Positions 27,201-40,622 of a DNA stretch of 64,000 nt are shown piece by piece (position 1 is the first letter of the stretch; each line of letters starts with the position of its first letter). A program made the position numbers and the translations under genes. This DNA comes from Takakia lepidozioides (lineage: Eukaryota; Plantae; Bryophyta). Location: positions 63,116,001 to 63,180,000 of the forward strand of contig CM060731.1 in NCBI GenBank assembly GCA_030704615.1. Direction: 5' to 3'. Under the pieces are notes generated by a model. That model worked only from the letters and a program-made list of their open reading frames with translations. It was not told where the DNA came from and did not search any database.

Positions 27201-30200
27201 AGTAACGGCGAGCCGTCAGCAGCAACGGGGGTTCTGACGCGCATGCTGGGCTATATTTGGGCACTGTCGTCTCTCTCCGTTTTCTTCTGTGAGACTGTGA
27301 GGGAGGGAGAGGGTGGGAGAGCAGTGAAGGAGGAGAATTGAGAGTGGAGGAATGATGTGGGGGGTAGATCTTGGTACATTCGGATGGTATCAACGATTGG
27401 GAGTTGTCATTCTGGAAGGGCCCTTTTCTAAGGAGGAAATGATGGAGTTGCTAATAATTAGGAGCTAAGGTAGAGGTAGAGTCTGCGACTTGTTGTCTGT
27501 GGGTGGGGTAATTTGGCGAGTTAAATTTAGGGAGCAAGTTGTGGTTGTCGGCAGGCTGGCTGAAATAAGCAACTGAGGTTTACTGGCGCATAGTAGGGCT
27601 CTGTTAACGGTTGGTGAGGAGTATTAGTGGTCACAGCAGAGATGCGCAAGTGCGTACTGTTGTGTAGATAGTCATGACCCAATCGTGGAAGGGTGAGATA
27701 CCTTCTGGCCCAATTGGGTTGGCATGAACAGGTGAAGGACCACGCGGTACCAACTGACTGGAACTTTTGCACAAGCATCTGTAAAAGCTGGAGAATGACG
27801 CTATCCGAAGTGGCCCGAGTCAACCTGTGAAGAGCGCGATTTTTTAGATCCGATGGCAAGGGATTGAAGAGAAATTGATTGTTATGTAAGTACGAGGGTG
27901 TGCCCGGAAATGGATCTAAAAATCTGCTCAACGGACTGGGGCCCAAACTTCAACTGGGTTCTTAGAACTTGGGAACTACCTGGGCACCTGGGTATCTTAG
28001 TATCTAGTGCACAGAACGGACCGAAAAGGCAAAAACGTCACAGGTAGGCGAGAAAGGTTGGGTGGACTTTCCTCAGGTTTGATTCCCCGTCACGCCCATG
28101 CGTCACAAAGGGGCTGCCACCAGCAGGTTAGAGTATCTGGACTCCGTTGTATCGCTTTCTAGATAACTGTCCAACTTCGTGTTTGTCTCTTGGTGTCCCC
28201 TCCCCTCAATTATCGAGACCTCTCTTTGGCAGAGCGACAATTTGTTTCCAGTTATACGGTACATGAAAATCATTTGTGAGTTCATTTATAAATATGTTGG
28301 ATTATTCGAGGAGCATCTTGCAGGGGTTTGTTTTGGCACCAGTGTGGCAGACTCTGCAAGAGTGATGACTGTCTGGTCTTACGTCACGGATTAATTAGCA
28401 TAAGCACCACAGTTTAGACACGCGGCGCCATTGAGTCGGTCTCTTAAATGAACTGCAGGAGGTTGGTAATGTCTTATTACTTTCTATTACAGCCCGTCTG
28501 GACGACAAGGTGGGGGTGCCCAAGGTGTGAGCTCAGCATCTGCTCACAAGTTAAGTTACAACAGTCCCTGGCTCAAACCTGCCACAGTCATTTGTGTAGG
28601 GACCACTGGAAGCTCTTGGGTCGAGGAGGACCACCGCCAAGTTGGTTCGCGCGCAGTATGTTCTGAAGCCCAACTAGGTACGTAGTGTGTTTGTGGGAGG
28701 TACGGAGTGCCGTTATTTGAACAGTCTGACACCAACGTGCCCTTAGCGAGGATCACCAATCCAAAGCTCGCACCGGCCTCCTTTCCTTGTCTAGTAATCC
28801 CTTTTCTTGTGTTTACCAGCTCTCCCACCCACCCAACTTCAATCAAATTCACTTTCCCATCTATATTGCCTTTTCTGCTGCTAGGCCCAACTTTAAAACC
28901 AGCCGCCATAGCCAAAGCTGACATGTCAAACACGCCATTCCATTCAAACCACCTGTTCCTTGCCCACTGTTTGCATTCTATTTACGGTGTTGCTTGCTTC
29001 AGCGCCAGATGGGTCAATACCTAGGTGACAGCATTGCGCCACTTGGGCTAAGCATGACGTCAAAAAGGAACTAAACTTCAAAGGCCAAACTAGGATGCAT
29101 GGGGTACCTTGAAGCTCGCCAGTCTGTCAGACTTGACCTGGCTCATCAATCTATTTTCGTTTGGACGAAATCCGCCTGATCCGCTATTTCGATCTCTCAC
29201 TATGTAGCTTCCGTAGCTTTCGATTCATAGGGCGCACTTCAGCTCACTTTAGCATAGAAGATTTTTCGCAAGCTGTCCTAGACATGTGAAGAACTGAGGA
29301 CTTTGGCCCTGCAAGATTTTTCCCAAACCCTGCAGACAAAATTATGTACAAGACTAGTAACATGGGGAACACGTAGCTAGAATTCTCCTTCCCCGAGCTC
29401 GCTCGCTGGCATTGCACTGACTACACACGTCAGAATCTCCACATGATGCTCATATGAGTGACCTGCACCCCACTTGTAAACGCCTTCATATTTAGCTTCC
29501 CGAGACGAACGCCCACAGATAGCCCATAAGGGAGTCGGGACATATAATTTCCAACCTTCAATCGTCCCGCTCGACATAAATCACCTGCAACCCTAATTGA
29601 CGTCATCTCTCTTGTTTTCTTATATCCTCGGCTGCAAGTAACCCGGGCACACCATACCCAGTCAAACTTATGAGGCAGGCTACTGGAGACTCTTACGCCC
29701 TCCATCGCAATTACTCCACCTCTTGTGCTCTTCCCAGTCACCCCAGACTCGCCAGACAGTCCTGTATTCTCCTGCCCCCAATCGGGAGCGTACTATGACG
29801 CCATGCTGATGTAATCCCACTAAACTCCACCACTCCGGAACAACACGGATTCATTGCCCCTGCAGATCCACTCCCTCCTCGTTACAATCTCCAGCTGAGC
29901 TCCAACAATCTCCCGTTCCAACAGAACCACAACTGCTGTGTGTTGTTGTGGTGGAGCCCATACAAAAGCGCAACCTAGACACACGAACTCCACACACTGC
30001 AGTTGACGATCGATCCATCGTCTCTCTCGCCATCGCCATCGTCTCTCTCTCTCCGTTGAAGCAGCTCTCCTGCAGACCGGTCCACACAAGACAGCGGCGC
30101 TGCGCAACAAATAATAATACCAGCCCGGCGCTAAGGCGGGCGGCGGGCCATCCCCCACCGCGCCGCGTCAGAGGCTATATAATGGCCCGGATCCCCCATT

Positions 30201-32745
30201 CTCGGGCAAACAGTATGGGATAAATGGCTGCGTCCAAAACTGGCATACGTATGCACTTAGAGGGGTATCTGGCGGCCTCGAAAATCGCGCGCTACGTCTT
30301 GCCGGTGGGTGGGGTATCTTTGCCGACCGTGTCCGCCCTTTTTTACACCCCCCCTTTCTATTCCTTGTTTTTTCCGCGACCGTCTCTCGTACTCCCAAAA
30401 AGTCAATTTCAATCCATTTTTCCATTCTCGAAATTTCCTAAATTAGGCGATACTCCTCATCCTAGATAGACTCCGGCGACTCGCCAACAGGTTGACCGGT
30501 TTCGCCACACCGTATCTCATTCGCCAGTATATTCGGCGAAACCACTACTGTATCCCATATCCCTAATATCGCGTATTTAGGTCTGCGTCGTGGTGGCCTG
30601 AGATACGTATAGGTACGCCAAATAATTCTACCGGAATGTCGATCGTGATAAAACATGGGTACGTCACGGCTTGTCGTATGACGCACGGTGCCGGCACGCG
30701 TCATAAATCCACATCGTGCCTGTCCGTATCTAGTACCGTATGCGGTGATGACGTATGTACTTCCACCGGTAGACGTACAATAATGAACTGGCACGTATTA
30801 GTCGCCTAATCACGATTAGTGGTGGCCCAGTGGGTTAGTTAATGATGGTTTTAGCGTTGCAGTCCTTTCTCGTAGCCCCTATTCTAATTAGCAGGCTTCC
30901 TTTAAAAAACATTAAAAGAAAAAAAAGAAAATAGCACGACAAAAGACAAAGAGAAGGAAAGAGAAAGAGAGAGAGACAAAGGGGAAAAAGTGGAGTATGA
31001 TAGATGAGGAAATGGGGGTGATGATGGGCCATGATGCCCCTTTTGAACCTGTTTTTGGCTTTACTGAACAGAAAAAAGAATATAATGAATGGTGAACCCG
31101 GCGCATGGATGAAAGATTCCTCTTTACAGTACCTGCAGGGTACCAAAAGGAGGTAGGGGATGAATGTGTGACATCATGCAGGATGTCATCTTACAACAGG
31201 ATGCTTATCTGCCCTTCCTCATTTATGGGGCATTAAATGATGCATGGGTGCATGGGGTGCAAAGCATCTCTGTGAGTTTTTACTTTTTACTTTTTTTAAG
31301 GTCTGTTTTACCTTTTTACCTTTTTTTCCCCTGGATGTTCATCATCATGCCACACACATAATCTAGACCCCCCCAAATGTGGGGGGGGTGTTGCTGATTG
31401 ATGATGAGTGAAAAAACAATTAACCATATTAGGCTCTATACAATCCAGCCAAATATATACATTGTTTAATTTGGAAAAAGTCCGGATAATTAAAAATGAA
31501 TGATTGGAAAAAATGATTGACAAACTAGGTAAGCAATTTGCTAAATTAGCGAGTCACTTTGTAAGTTTTTCTTAAGAAATTTATTTATGGTGGACTTATA
31601 TTAAGTAAACCCAGAAGCTAATAGGGGCTCGGCATTCGAAAACGGTCAATCCATTTAACACCGCTGAGGAGGGTTGTTAGAACTACGGATGAAATCTGTT
31701 AATTAGATGTATTATTGGAAAGATCAGTTAAATGCATCCTTAAATCGTGTATTAAAGCTGTATTTAAGTATTTCAAAATGACGTTAATGACGAGTTACAG
31801 TTAAAAAAACCACAAGTGGGTCCTTAACGAACAGACTAAATATGTCCGTAAACACGTTGTGACAAAGATACCCACGAGGGTTAGTGAGTAAGTACCCCCT
31901 GCCACACACTAAACATGTCGTTTAGCACCAGGATTAGTAAGTAACAACATGCATGCGCGGGACAGTTTTAACTTACCGACCATCATTCCGGTAACCGAGG
32001 GTCGTTAGTGCTAACGCGAGGTTAGGCAACAAGTCACCGCGATGATGCGCCCCGGGGCCCACCGGCAAGCGACCGGCTGAAGGCGAGCGGCAGGCGACAT
32101 GTGCAGAGGGCGTCTGACGCCAGCTGGCGGTTGTCGCCAGTCACGTGGGGTTAGTGGCTAACCGCAGCGGATTAGTAAGTTGGTCGGCGCGTCAGGGCGT
32201 CGTGGGGAACAGTCTCGCGCTTCGTTAGTGGCTCTGTACTTACTAGAAGACTAGTTTAGTAGTAACTGATTAGTTTAGTCTGCCGGGCCGCAGGTTGTCG
32301 CCCCGCTTTTCGCAGGGCGAGTGAACGTTAAGCCTGGACGTAACCGGGATTAGCGTGCGGGATTAAGGCACGCCTGGCAGGCATTAATCATGGTTAAGCC
32401 CGAGATTTGATACACCCGCTCTGGCCATCAACTTCGATGTTCGCAAACAAGTGGGGCTCATTAGTGATGTGGATTCACTAACTGACATGGTTAGTCGGTT
32501 CGTTAATTGGCCGGACTTGGCGGGCTACTTTTGGGGGACCGGCGTCTGAGCAGGGTTAGTGGCGGTCCTCTATTTTGGACCCCATTTAAGTGGATCCTTT
32601 GATTGACATCAAATTGACTTGGTTCGTTTAATATGGTTCATTTATGTGGTCCATTGTTTATTTATCTATTTATTAGTGGGTTTGATTTATGTGTTTAATA
32701 TACATTGACTCCATGATTTCTGTTTTTCTCTTTATTTAATTGTTT

Positions 32746-33237
32746 TAAAAGGAAATGATGTACTAAGAGCATTGTTTATAGTATATTATATGGGGTTTGA
32801 AGTTTGAACGGATGAAAAATGACTGAAATATATTAGCTGGCTAAGATGAGAAAATATTATAATATGGGTACTAAGTGAAGTTTGTTTTCCTACAAAAAGA
32901 AAGAAACAATTAATAATTCACCCACCTCTAAGTAGTTTAGAAAATCTATTCGTAAAACTATTTAACTTAATTTAATTTAATTTCGCAACTGGAATATTTC
33001 CTTAAAGGAAATGATGTACTAAGAGCATTGTTTATAGTATATTATATGGGGTTTGAACGGATGAAAAATGAGTGAGATATATTACTTGGCTAAGATGAGG
33101 AAATATTGTAATATAGGTACTTAGTGAAGTGTGTTTTCCTAGAAAAGAAACAATTCACCCACCTCTAAGTAATTTAGAAAATCTATTCGTAAATATATTT
33201 AATTTAATTGTTAATTTAATTTAATTTCGCAACTGGA
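32746..33237. repeat. AT-rich tandem duplication (period ~256 bp)
   Basis: aaaggaaatgatgtactaagagcattgtttatagtatattatatggggtttgaa ... tttcgcaactggaa occurs twice. Confidence 0.85.
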
Positions 33238-33919
33238 ACAGAAATAGTACTATATGGACAATTAGTGAATGAATGGAAGCAGGTCTGAAGGTGTTGGGGG
33301 GGTCAACAAAGGGCAGAACAAATCCCATCAATGACTAGTGTAATTGCCAATATTAATGGCTTTGATGCCTTTCTACATTAAATTTTCAGGAGTTTGGAAC
33401 ATCTACAAAATTCAAATTCTCCAAGATTTATGAGCTGTAAAGACGGCAATTCCACCTTGGGAGCCTTAGTACCTATTTTCCTTAATTTTCAAGGACAGGT
33501 GGGACGTAGGTTGATATTAATTACTTGATATTAATTATTAAATATCCCTGATAGAAAAGTATATTTTGTAAAATAATATATATATATATATATATCCTTG
33601 ATAAATGCAAAATATGTAGCCCAGCTTCGGTAGAGTAGGTCTTAGGGGGCCTCAAAAAGCAGGGATGGCCTAATGGAATCCCAGAAGATAATTAATAATT
33701 AAGCGGTGGGGTGGGGGGTATTAATAGGGATTCTTGTGGGGTCCGGACCGTGCTCCTCCGACTTTTTAATTGCCTGCCAAATCGTGCACCCAATATAATA
33801 CTTCTTGGCTCTATCAATCATTGCTGCCCTCTTTACACTTCCTTGTATGTAGTTTGCATGTTTTTTTTCTTTTTTGGTTTGACGAACAAGCAAGCGACCA
33901 TCCCGACAATTTAGCGGTG

Positions 33920-34960
33920 GGGCTTGTTTGTCAACACTTGTTCGGCCACCTTTACAATAATTTATAGTTGTGACAACCGTCAACGACTCATCGGCTCCTC
34001 GCTTTGTCGGAGACACAAGAGAGATGATGGACAGTTTACGGGGTTGGTTGGGCTTGTTTATCAATTTTCTGCTGAAAAAACCGTCAACGACTCATCGGCT
34101 CCTCGCTTTGTCGGAGACACAAAGAGATGATGGACAGTTTACGGGGTTGGTTGGGCTTGTTTATCAACACTTGTTCGTCCACATTTACAGTAATTTTCTG
34201 CTGAAAAAACCGTCAACGACTCATCGGCTCCTCGCTTTGTTGGAAACACAAGAGAGATGATGGACAGTTTACGGGGTTGGTTGGGCTGGTTGGTCAACAC
34301 TTGTTCGTCCACATTTACAGTCATTTTCAGCTGCAAAAACCGTCAACGACTTGACTCATCGGCTCCTCGCTTTGTCTGAGACGCGAGAGAGATGATCGAA
34401 AAATTAACGGGGTTTGGTCGGGCTTGTTCGTCCACCTTTACAATAATTTTTAGCTGTGAAAACCGTCAAGGACTCATATGCTCCCGGTTTTGTCTGAGAC
34501 GTAAGAGAGATGATCGAACAAATACGGGGTTGGTCGTGCTTGTTTGTCAACACTCTGTCCACCTTTGCAGTACTTTTTAGCTGTGAAAACAGTCCACGAC
34601 TCATTTGCTCCCCGTTTTGTCAGAGACGCAAGAGAGATGATCAAACAATTTACGGGGTTGGTCGGGCTTGTTTGTCAACACTTGTTCGTCCACTTTTACA
34701 ATACTTTTTAGCTATGAAAACCGTCCACGACTCATTTGCTCCCCGTTTTGTTTTGTCTGAGACGCAAGAGAGATGATCGAAAAATTAACGGGGTTGGTCG
34801 GGCTGGTTTGTCAACACTTGTTGGTCCACCTTTATAGTAATGTTTAGCGGTAAAAATCGTCAACCACTCATCTGTTACTCGTTTTGTCTGAGGCGCAAGA
34901 GAGATGATCAACAATTTACGGGGTTGGTCGGGCTTGTTCGTCCACCTTTACAATATTTTA
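33920..34960. repeat. ~120-bp tandem minisatellite (about 9 units)
   Basis: Repeating aaccgtcaacgactcat...gagac.caagagagatgat...acggggttgg...cttgtttgtcaacacttgttcgtccac. It grades into a related repeat family at 34960-35270, 36135-36450 and 46640-47620. Confidence 0.9.
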
Positions 34961-35273
34961 TAGTTATGAGTACATCTCATGCTCCCTTCGTCTGGATGTG
35001 GGTGTCACATTAGAGATACTTGTGCGTTATCAACAACATGTGGATATTGGATTTTGAAAATACTTGGATCAATGTCCGGGGATACAAAAAAAATGCTATA
35101 CCCCATGTTTTTTATTTGAAAACACACTAGTTTAACCACCATCCAGCGTTAGTCTGATTCATTCATTGATCAATGTCCGGAGTAAGAAAAATGTGATACC
35201 TACCCCATGTTTTCGATTTAAGATAATGTAGTTTGATTACCTTACAGCGTTAAATACTCATTCATTCATTTAA

Positions 35274-36130
35274 CCCTTAACTTCCTATGGAACCCGTTTC
35301 GGGTTTCATAGAACATGATATATTAACGTAACTTTTGCAGATCTTAATATTTTTAGGTAGTTTCTTCAGCAATGAACGACCTGACGACATGGCTGGTCGT
35401 CTCCAATTGGCAGCATGCCATTTGGTGAAAGTCTGCCACATCTAGAAATTTCCAAAAACCGGAGGGTCAGATGTGCTCTTGCATGGAGGGGGGCCACGTA
35501 GACTTGACTGCTACATGGCCATCTCTGATTGGACATCACTTCAGGCCACTGGGCATTCAGTTTTTTTTTTTTTTTTTTCCATTGGACAATTTCTACCATT
35601 GGGTGTGGGCATAATTTGGACCAGGGTGTAGGTGTGAAGAGAGTCACTCCCTCACCAGAGGGATTTGGAATTTGAGCAATATTTCATAGCATCTTGTGGA
35701 GGCTAAATCCCAAATTCTAAATCTTTGTAATGAAGGTAGTTTGAACCCCCCCCAAAAAAAAACACATACAAAGCACCCCTGCTAAACCTGACATTAACCC
35801 CTCATTTTTTGCATGGACATGTCATTCCTACCACAGATTAGGAATGTGTGGAATAAACACTCCACAAAAATCTAAAAACCTCTCAAATTAGTTGGTCAAG
35901 GCTCAAAAACCATGTTTTCAAAAACGGAAACAAAAAAATTCATCCTCTCTAAAACCATATAATCTCCCACATTTCACAATGAAGTTCATTTTTGGTGAGT
36001 GCATGCAGGTGCCAAGTGCGCACCCACGTGTAAGGTTTATTTTTCTGGATGATTTTTGATAGGTAGTTAGTACTGGGCATGGGTAGGAATTTTTAGGTGT
36101 CAAAAAATGAACCATGTAGGAAGTTAAGGG
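35274..36130. mobile_element. piggyBac-like non-autonomous element (857 bp)
   Basis: TTAA on both sides (35270-35273, 36131-36134) and perfect 14-bp TIRs CCCTTAACTTCCTA / TAGGAAGTTAAGGG. Removing it restores a sequence collinear with the paralogous repeat at ~47407-47470. Confidence 0.85.
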
Positions 36131-38925
36131 TTAATGTTAGACTGCCTTTGCAATATTTAATAGTTTTGTTATCTATTGAAAACCGTCGGTTCCTGTCCTC
36201 CTGTTTGTCTAGCTGTGGTGTCACTTTAGAGATACTTGTGCGTTACCAAGACCCCCCGTTGTTGGATTTTCAGAAAACCGCACCCCATGATTGTCCGGAG
36301 ATACAAAAAAAGTGATACCCCATGTTTGTGATGTAAAGCCCTCTAACAAGTAAACGAATGAATGAATATTGTTTAACCAACATGGTGATTAAACTAGAGT
36401 CTCTTTATTTAGTGGTTTTGTCATCTATGGACGACTGTCAATGACTCTTGTTTGCGTCGATCTTGGTGGTCAGAGTTTCTCGGTAGGTGAGCAGCTCCTC
36501 CTTGGTCCAAAGCACAATGTCTTTGGTCGCCCTGCTGCCCATTAACCAGTTAAGTGCTTGCGTCCCTGTCTCCTTGAAGGGGTGATCTCTATCCAGTACC
36601 AACGGTGTAACACATAAAGAACAAGTAGCCCCTATACCTAATGAACAAGTTACCTTATAGGCGTCGCTTTTTCTCCAAGAGTCGCGAGAGTGGGTGGTGA
36701 GGCTTCAATGCGAATCCCACTACTGCTTAGTTGGTGCCCGTATCACCAAGTATTTCTCAATGTAAAACCCACCACTGCTTAGTTTGTGCGCATATCACCA
36801 AGTATTTCTCACTACAAAATTCACCGCCGCCGCTATAGGTTTAGGGTTTCTGGCTACACTGCTGAAGGTTTCGCCTCGCTGAATTGGCGCAGATGTACAC
36901 CAGTTCTCTATACGAGAGTTGTATTGGTATATAGGGTTAACCCGGGTATCAATAGTGGGTATCAATCTAGTATGAGAGAACCTACCAGGCGGATGACGGC
37001 TACAATACCCAAGATAGACCAGTGTTACCCTATTTCGGGCCGCCACCCTACCAGACTCATATTGAGACCTCTCATGAATGCAGAGCGCGATACCAGTTTC
37101 AAAGACCCTGATTCCCCTCTTGAATTTTGGGTAGGGTGTTGCAAAATACTAACATACATTCTAGGGAAGGGTGACGGATGTGTAGAGGGAACCTTTGGGC
37201 AGCGGATTACAGTTAGGGTCACAGGAGATTTGTCGGATTTGGGTGGTTGTGTAAGTGCAGCTATTGTCAAGTTATTTTACCACTAGTGTGAAACTAGCTA
37301 GGAAATAGCTAGCTTTTACATATTGACATTTGGGATTGGCCCAAGTGTCAATCCAGGGGTCAAGGCAGATTTAGGCCCTGGAGTGGTTATCTTCACGGCA
37401 AGCGCATGAGGCTCATCTTTCTCGAGTTGAGCCTCACCGCGCCTAGCTATGGCGCCGTAGTGGGATTCCCCATGGCGTGGGGTGCACTTGGCTTGACTTG
37501 TATTTGAGTGATGAGGTTATATATGCATGAGTTTATGCTTCAGATTTGTGAGCTTGTGCTTGTATTCTTCTTCTTTATCACTCGAGAAAGATCAGCTCGT
37601 ATCTATGAGTGCTAGATACGAGTTAGTTGTAGCACTTGTGGTTTTTTGCTTGAGATTGGAGAAACCAAGTTGTTATGCAAGGAGCACCATGGAGCTCTTG
37701 GTTGTTAGAAGCGGAGGCGATGTGGGTTACAAGTGGTAGACCTTGGCATTCGATCTTCAGCTTCAGAGATGATGAAAGCACCATGCTGCAGGTAATTCCA
37801 GAGCACCTTGATGGTTTCAGATTGTGTACATGCATGAGCAAGCACGATTGGGAAGAGGCAACGGCAAGAGCAGGGCTGGAACAGGAGCTAAGAGGGCGGC
37901 GGCAAGGCCATGGAATGTGCACCTGGGGTTCAGAGCTTGGGAAGAAGAGCTCTTGCACCACAAGAGAAGTGTCTTGTGGCTGGAAATGTAAGCCTTGGGT
38001 TTCAGGAGCTTGGCAAAGGCTGTGGAGTGCTTAGTTTGTCTTAGAGAGCATCAAGGAGCCAAGGAGCCAAGATAGGGGGCTGATATCTCTTGTGTGAAGA
38101 GGTTGCATGTGTGGAGCATGTATTCAGCTCATTGAAGCTTCATCTTCAAGCTTGGAGGGCAAAGCAAGGAAGAGGGAAGGGCTGACTTCCCTTATGTGAA
38201 GGCAATGTGTGTGGAGCTGCTATCAGCCTGGTGAAGGCTTGCACTTTTAGGTGGGGAGTGCAAGGAAGGAAAGGAAGGGGCTATGGTTCCCTGAGGGCAT
38301 GTAGAGCTGCTTTCAGCCTGCTGAAGCTTGTATTTCGGTTTGTGGGTGCAAGAAATGAAGCCAAGGAGGAGATGATTCTCTTATGGGGAGAGTGGGGCAT
38401 GTGTGGAGCATGCCTCAGCCCATTGAGGCTCTTGTTTTCAAGCCTTAGAGAGAGTAGAACGGAAGGTCTAGGGCTGGTTCACTTGAGTGAAAAGAAAAGC
38501 ACTTGAGGGCCTATTGAGTTGGGTTTCAACTTCAAGCTTGATGAATGAAAGGAGCGCAACTCTTGAAGCAACAGGTGTAGAGGGCTGGATAGGCTCTAAG
38601 ACAGATGTTATGGCCAATGAGAGTGTTGAATGAGTGCTCACAAGGGCTGGGAACCAGCAGGGCTTGGTTATTGCCATTGAGTTTAGTGCGCGTGTTTGGG
38701 GGGAGGCCTAAGTGAGAAAGAAGGCTTGGTTGGGGCACCACCTCATGGCTTAGGGCTACTATGGTGGTGTGTGTGGGAGCCGAAAGAGCAAGGTACCTTG
38801 CTGATTTCCTCACAGCCACATCATAGCTCGGTGGAAAGAAGCCTAGAGTCCAAGAGACACAAACCCTAGCTTGGCGTGGCTAAACCCCCTGGAGAAATGG
38901 CTAAACTGCCAGAGCGGCCATGTGT

Positions 38926-39900
38926 GGGGCTGTGACCTGTGGCATGACAGGCTGTGATGGGCTGTGATGGGCTGTGACAGGCATGTGTGTGTGTGTGACG
39001 GGCTGTGTGTGCCTGAGGCCTTTGTGACGGGCTGTGAGGGGCTGTGACAGGCCGTGCCCTGGCCTTTGGGGCAGGGCTGTGAGGGCTGTGACAGGTGCCT
39101 GGGGCCCTGTGACGGGCTGTGCTGTGACAGGTGCCTGGCCTTTGGGGCTGTGACGGGCTGTGAGGGGCTGTGACAGGCTGGCCTTTGGGGCTGTGACGGG
39201 CTGTGAGGGGCTGTGACAGGCCTGAGGCCTTTGAGGCTGTGAGGGGCTGTGAGGGGCTGTGACAGGCTGGAGGCTGTGACGGGCTGTGAAGGTGGGCTGT
39301 GCCTGTGAAGGCTGTGACGGGCTGTGACTGTGACAGGCCGTGCCTGGCCTTTGGGGCTGTGACGGGAGGGGCTGTGACAGAGGCCTTTGAGGGCTGTGAG
39401 GGGCTGTGATGTGACTGCTGTGAAGTGTGAGGGCTGTGACAGGCCGTGCCTGAAGGCCTGTTGTGCCTGGGGCTGTGAGGGGCTGTGACAGGCCGTGCCT
39501 GAGGCCTTTGGGGCTGTGACGGGCTGCTGTGAGGCCGTGCCTGAGGCCTTTGGGGCTGTGACGGGCTGTGATGGACGGGCTGTGAGGGCTGTGACAGGCC
39601 GTGTGGCCTTTGGGGCTGTGACGGGCTGTGAGGGGCTGTGACAGGCCGTGCCCTGAGGCTGCTGTGAGGGGCTGTGAGAGGAACTGTGAAGGCCTTTGGG
39701 CTGTTGCTGTGTGCCTGTTTGGGGCTGTGACGGGCTGTGAAGATGTGCTGACGGGCTGTGAGGGCTGTGACAGGCCGTGCCTGAGGCCTTTGAGGCTGTG
39801 TGAATGTGAGAAAAGAAAGATCTGTGACAGGCTGTGAGTGAGGGCTGTGACAGAGGCCTGTTGTGCCCAGTGGCCTGTGGGTGACGGCTGTGACCAGTGA
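38926..39900 (+). repeat. GGGCTGTGA(C/G) 10-bp-based tandem array with a higher-order ~45-bp unit
   Basis: Dozens of gggctgtgac/gggctgtgag units, interspersed with aggccgtgcctgaggcctttgg. Confidence 0.95.
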
Positions 39901-40622
39901 GTGTGGGCCTGTGCTGGTCTGTGCCCGTGTTGACCTGTGGACGGCCTGTGCTGACTCGTGGAGGCACTGGTGGACTGCCTAAGGACTGGCATGTGGTCTG
40001 GAAGGCCGAATTTTGAAGCTCGTGGAGGGCGGTTTGAGGAGTATCTTCATGATATTCCCATGGTCATGCAAGTGAGGGTAGAGAGGAGAGGCAGAGTGTT
40101 GGGATGAGAGCATGCTGGGGTTAGGCATTGCTTTAGCTTCTCTTCCTCGTAGTTTCCACCCTCTCATTAGGCCAAGACCTTTCCGTAGGTGGAGGCAAGA
40201 GTCAGTCCGGGTTTGGGCTGGGGTGTCCTTGCAGGAGCAACACCGTGGAGTTGTTTTTGGTGTGGGGGAGTTGTCGTTCTGATTTCTTGTGTTTGGATCC
40301 CCTCCATACCTGCATGCTTGACTGTGCGCCATGCTAGTTTTTGTGGGCGCTTGTTTTTATAGGTGATTGGTCCGGATTTGATCACCGGCCAGTCCTAGAG
40401 CATGCTGTCGATGGTGAGGCTGGGGTGATGACCAGCCAGACCATCATTGTTTCTCCTGTGGTGAGGTTGGAGGTGATGACCAGCCAACCATAGGAGTGCT
40501 TGCGGTGGATGCAGGTACAGGTGTAGGCTATGTTAGGAACTTAGTATTCCAAACCATAAGCCGCAACAGGTTCTCTACCCGTTTACCTTGTGGAGAGGGG
40601 TTAGGGACATGTTCATGACCGG

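Noticed and set aside
33920-34960. CRISPR-like appearance of the 120-bp, 123-bp and 65-bp arrays
   Set aside because: Whole units repeat with no unique spacers, there are no cas genes, and the context is eukaryotic.
37023-37470. 201-bp LTR (TGTTACCCTA...TAGGGTCACA, 37023-37223) and PBS-like TGGCGCCGT at 37450
   Set aside because: No second LTR to compare, and the PBS-like motif is not adjacent to the candidate LTR end. The LTR 3' boundary is left uncalled.
38843-39992. Two long minus-strand ORFs (374 and 363 aa)
   Set aside because: Artefacts of the stop-free TCACAGCCC repeat; low complexity, open in several frames and with no domain.
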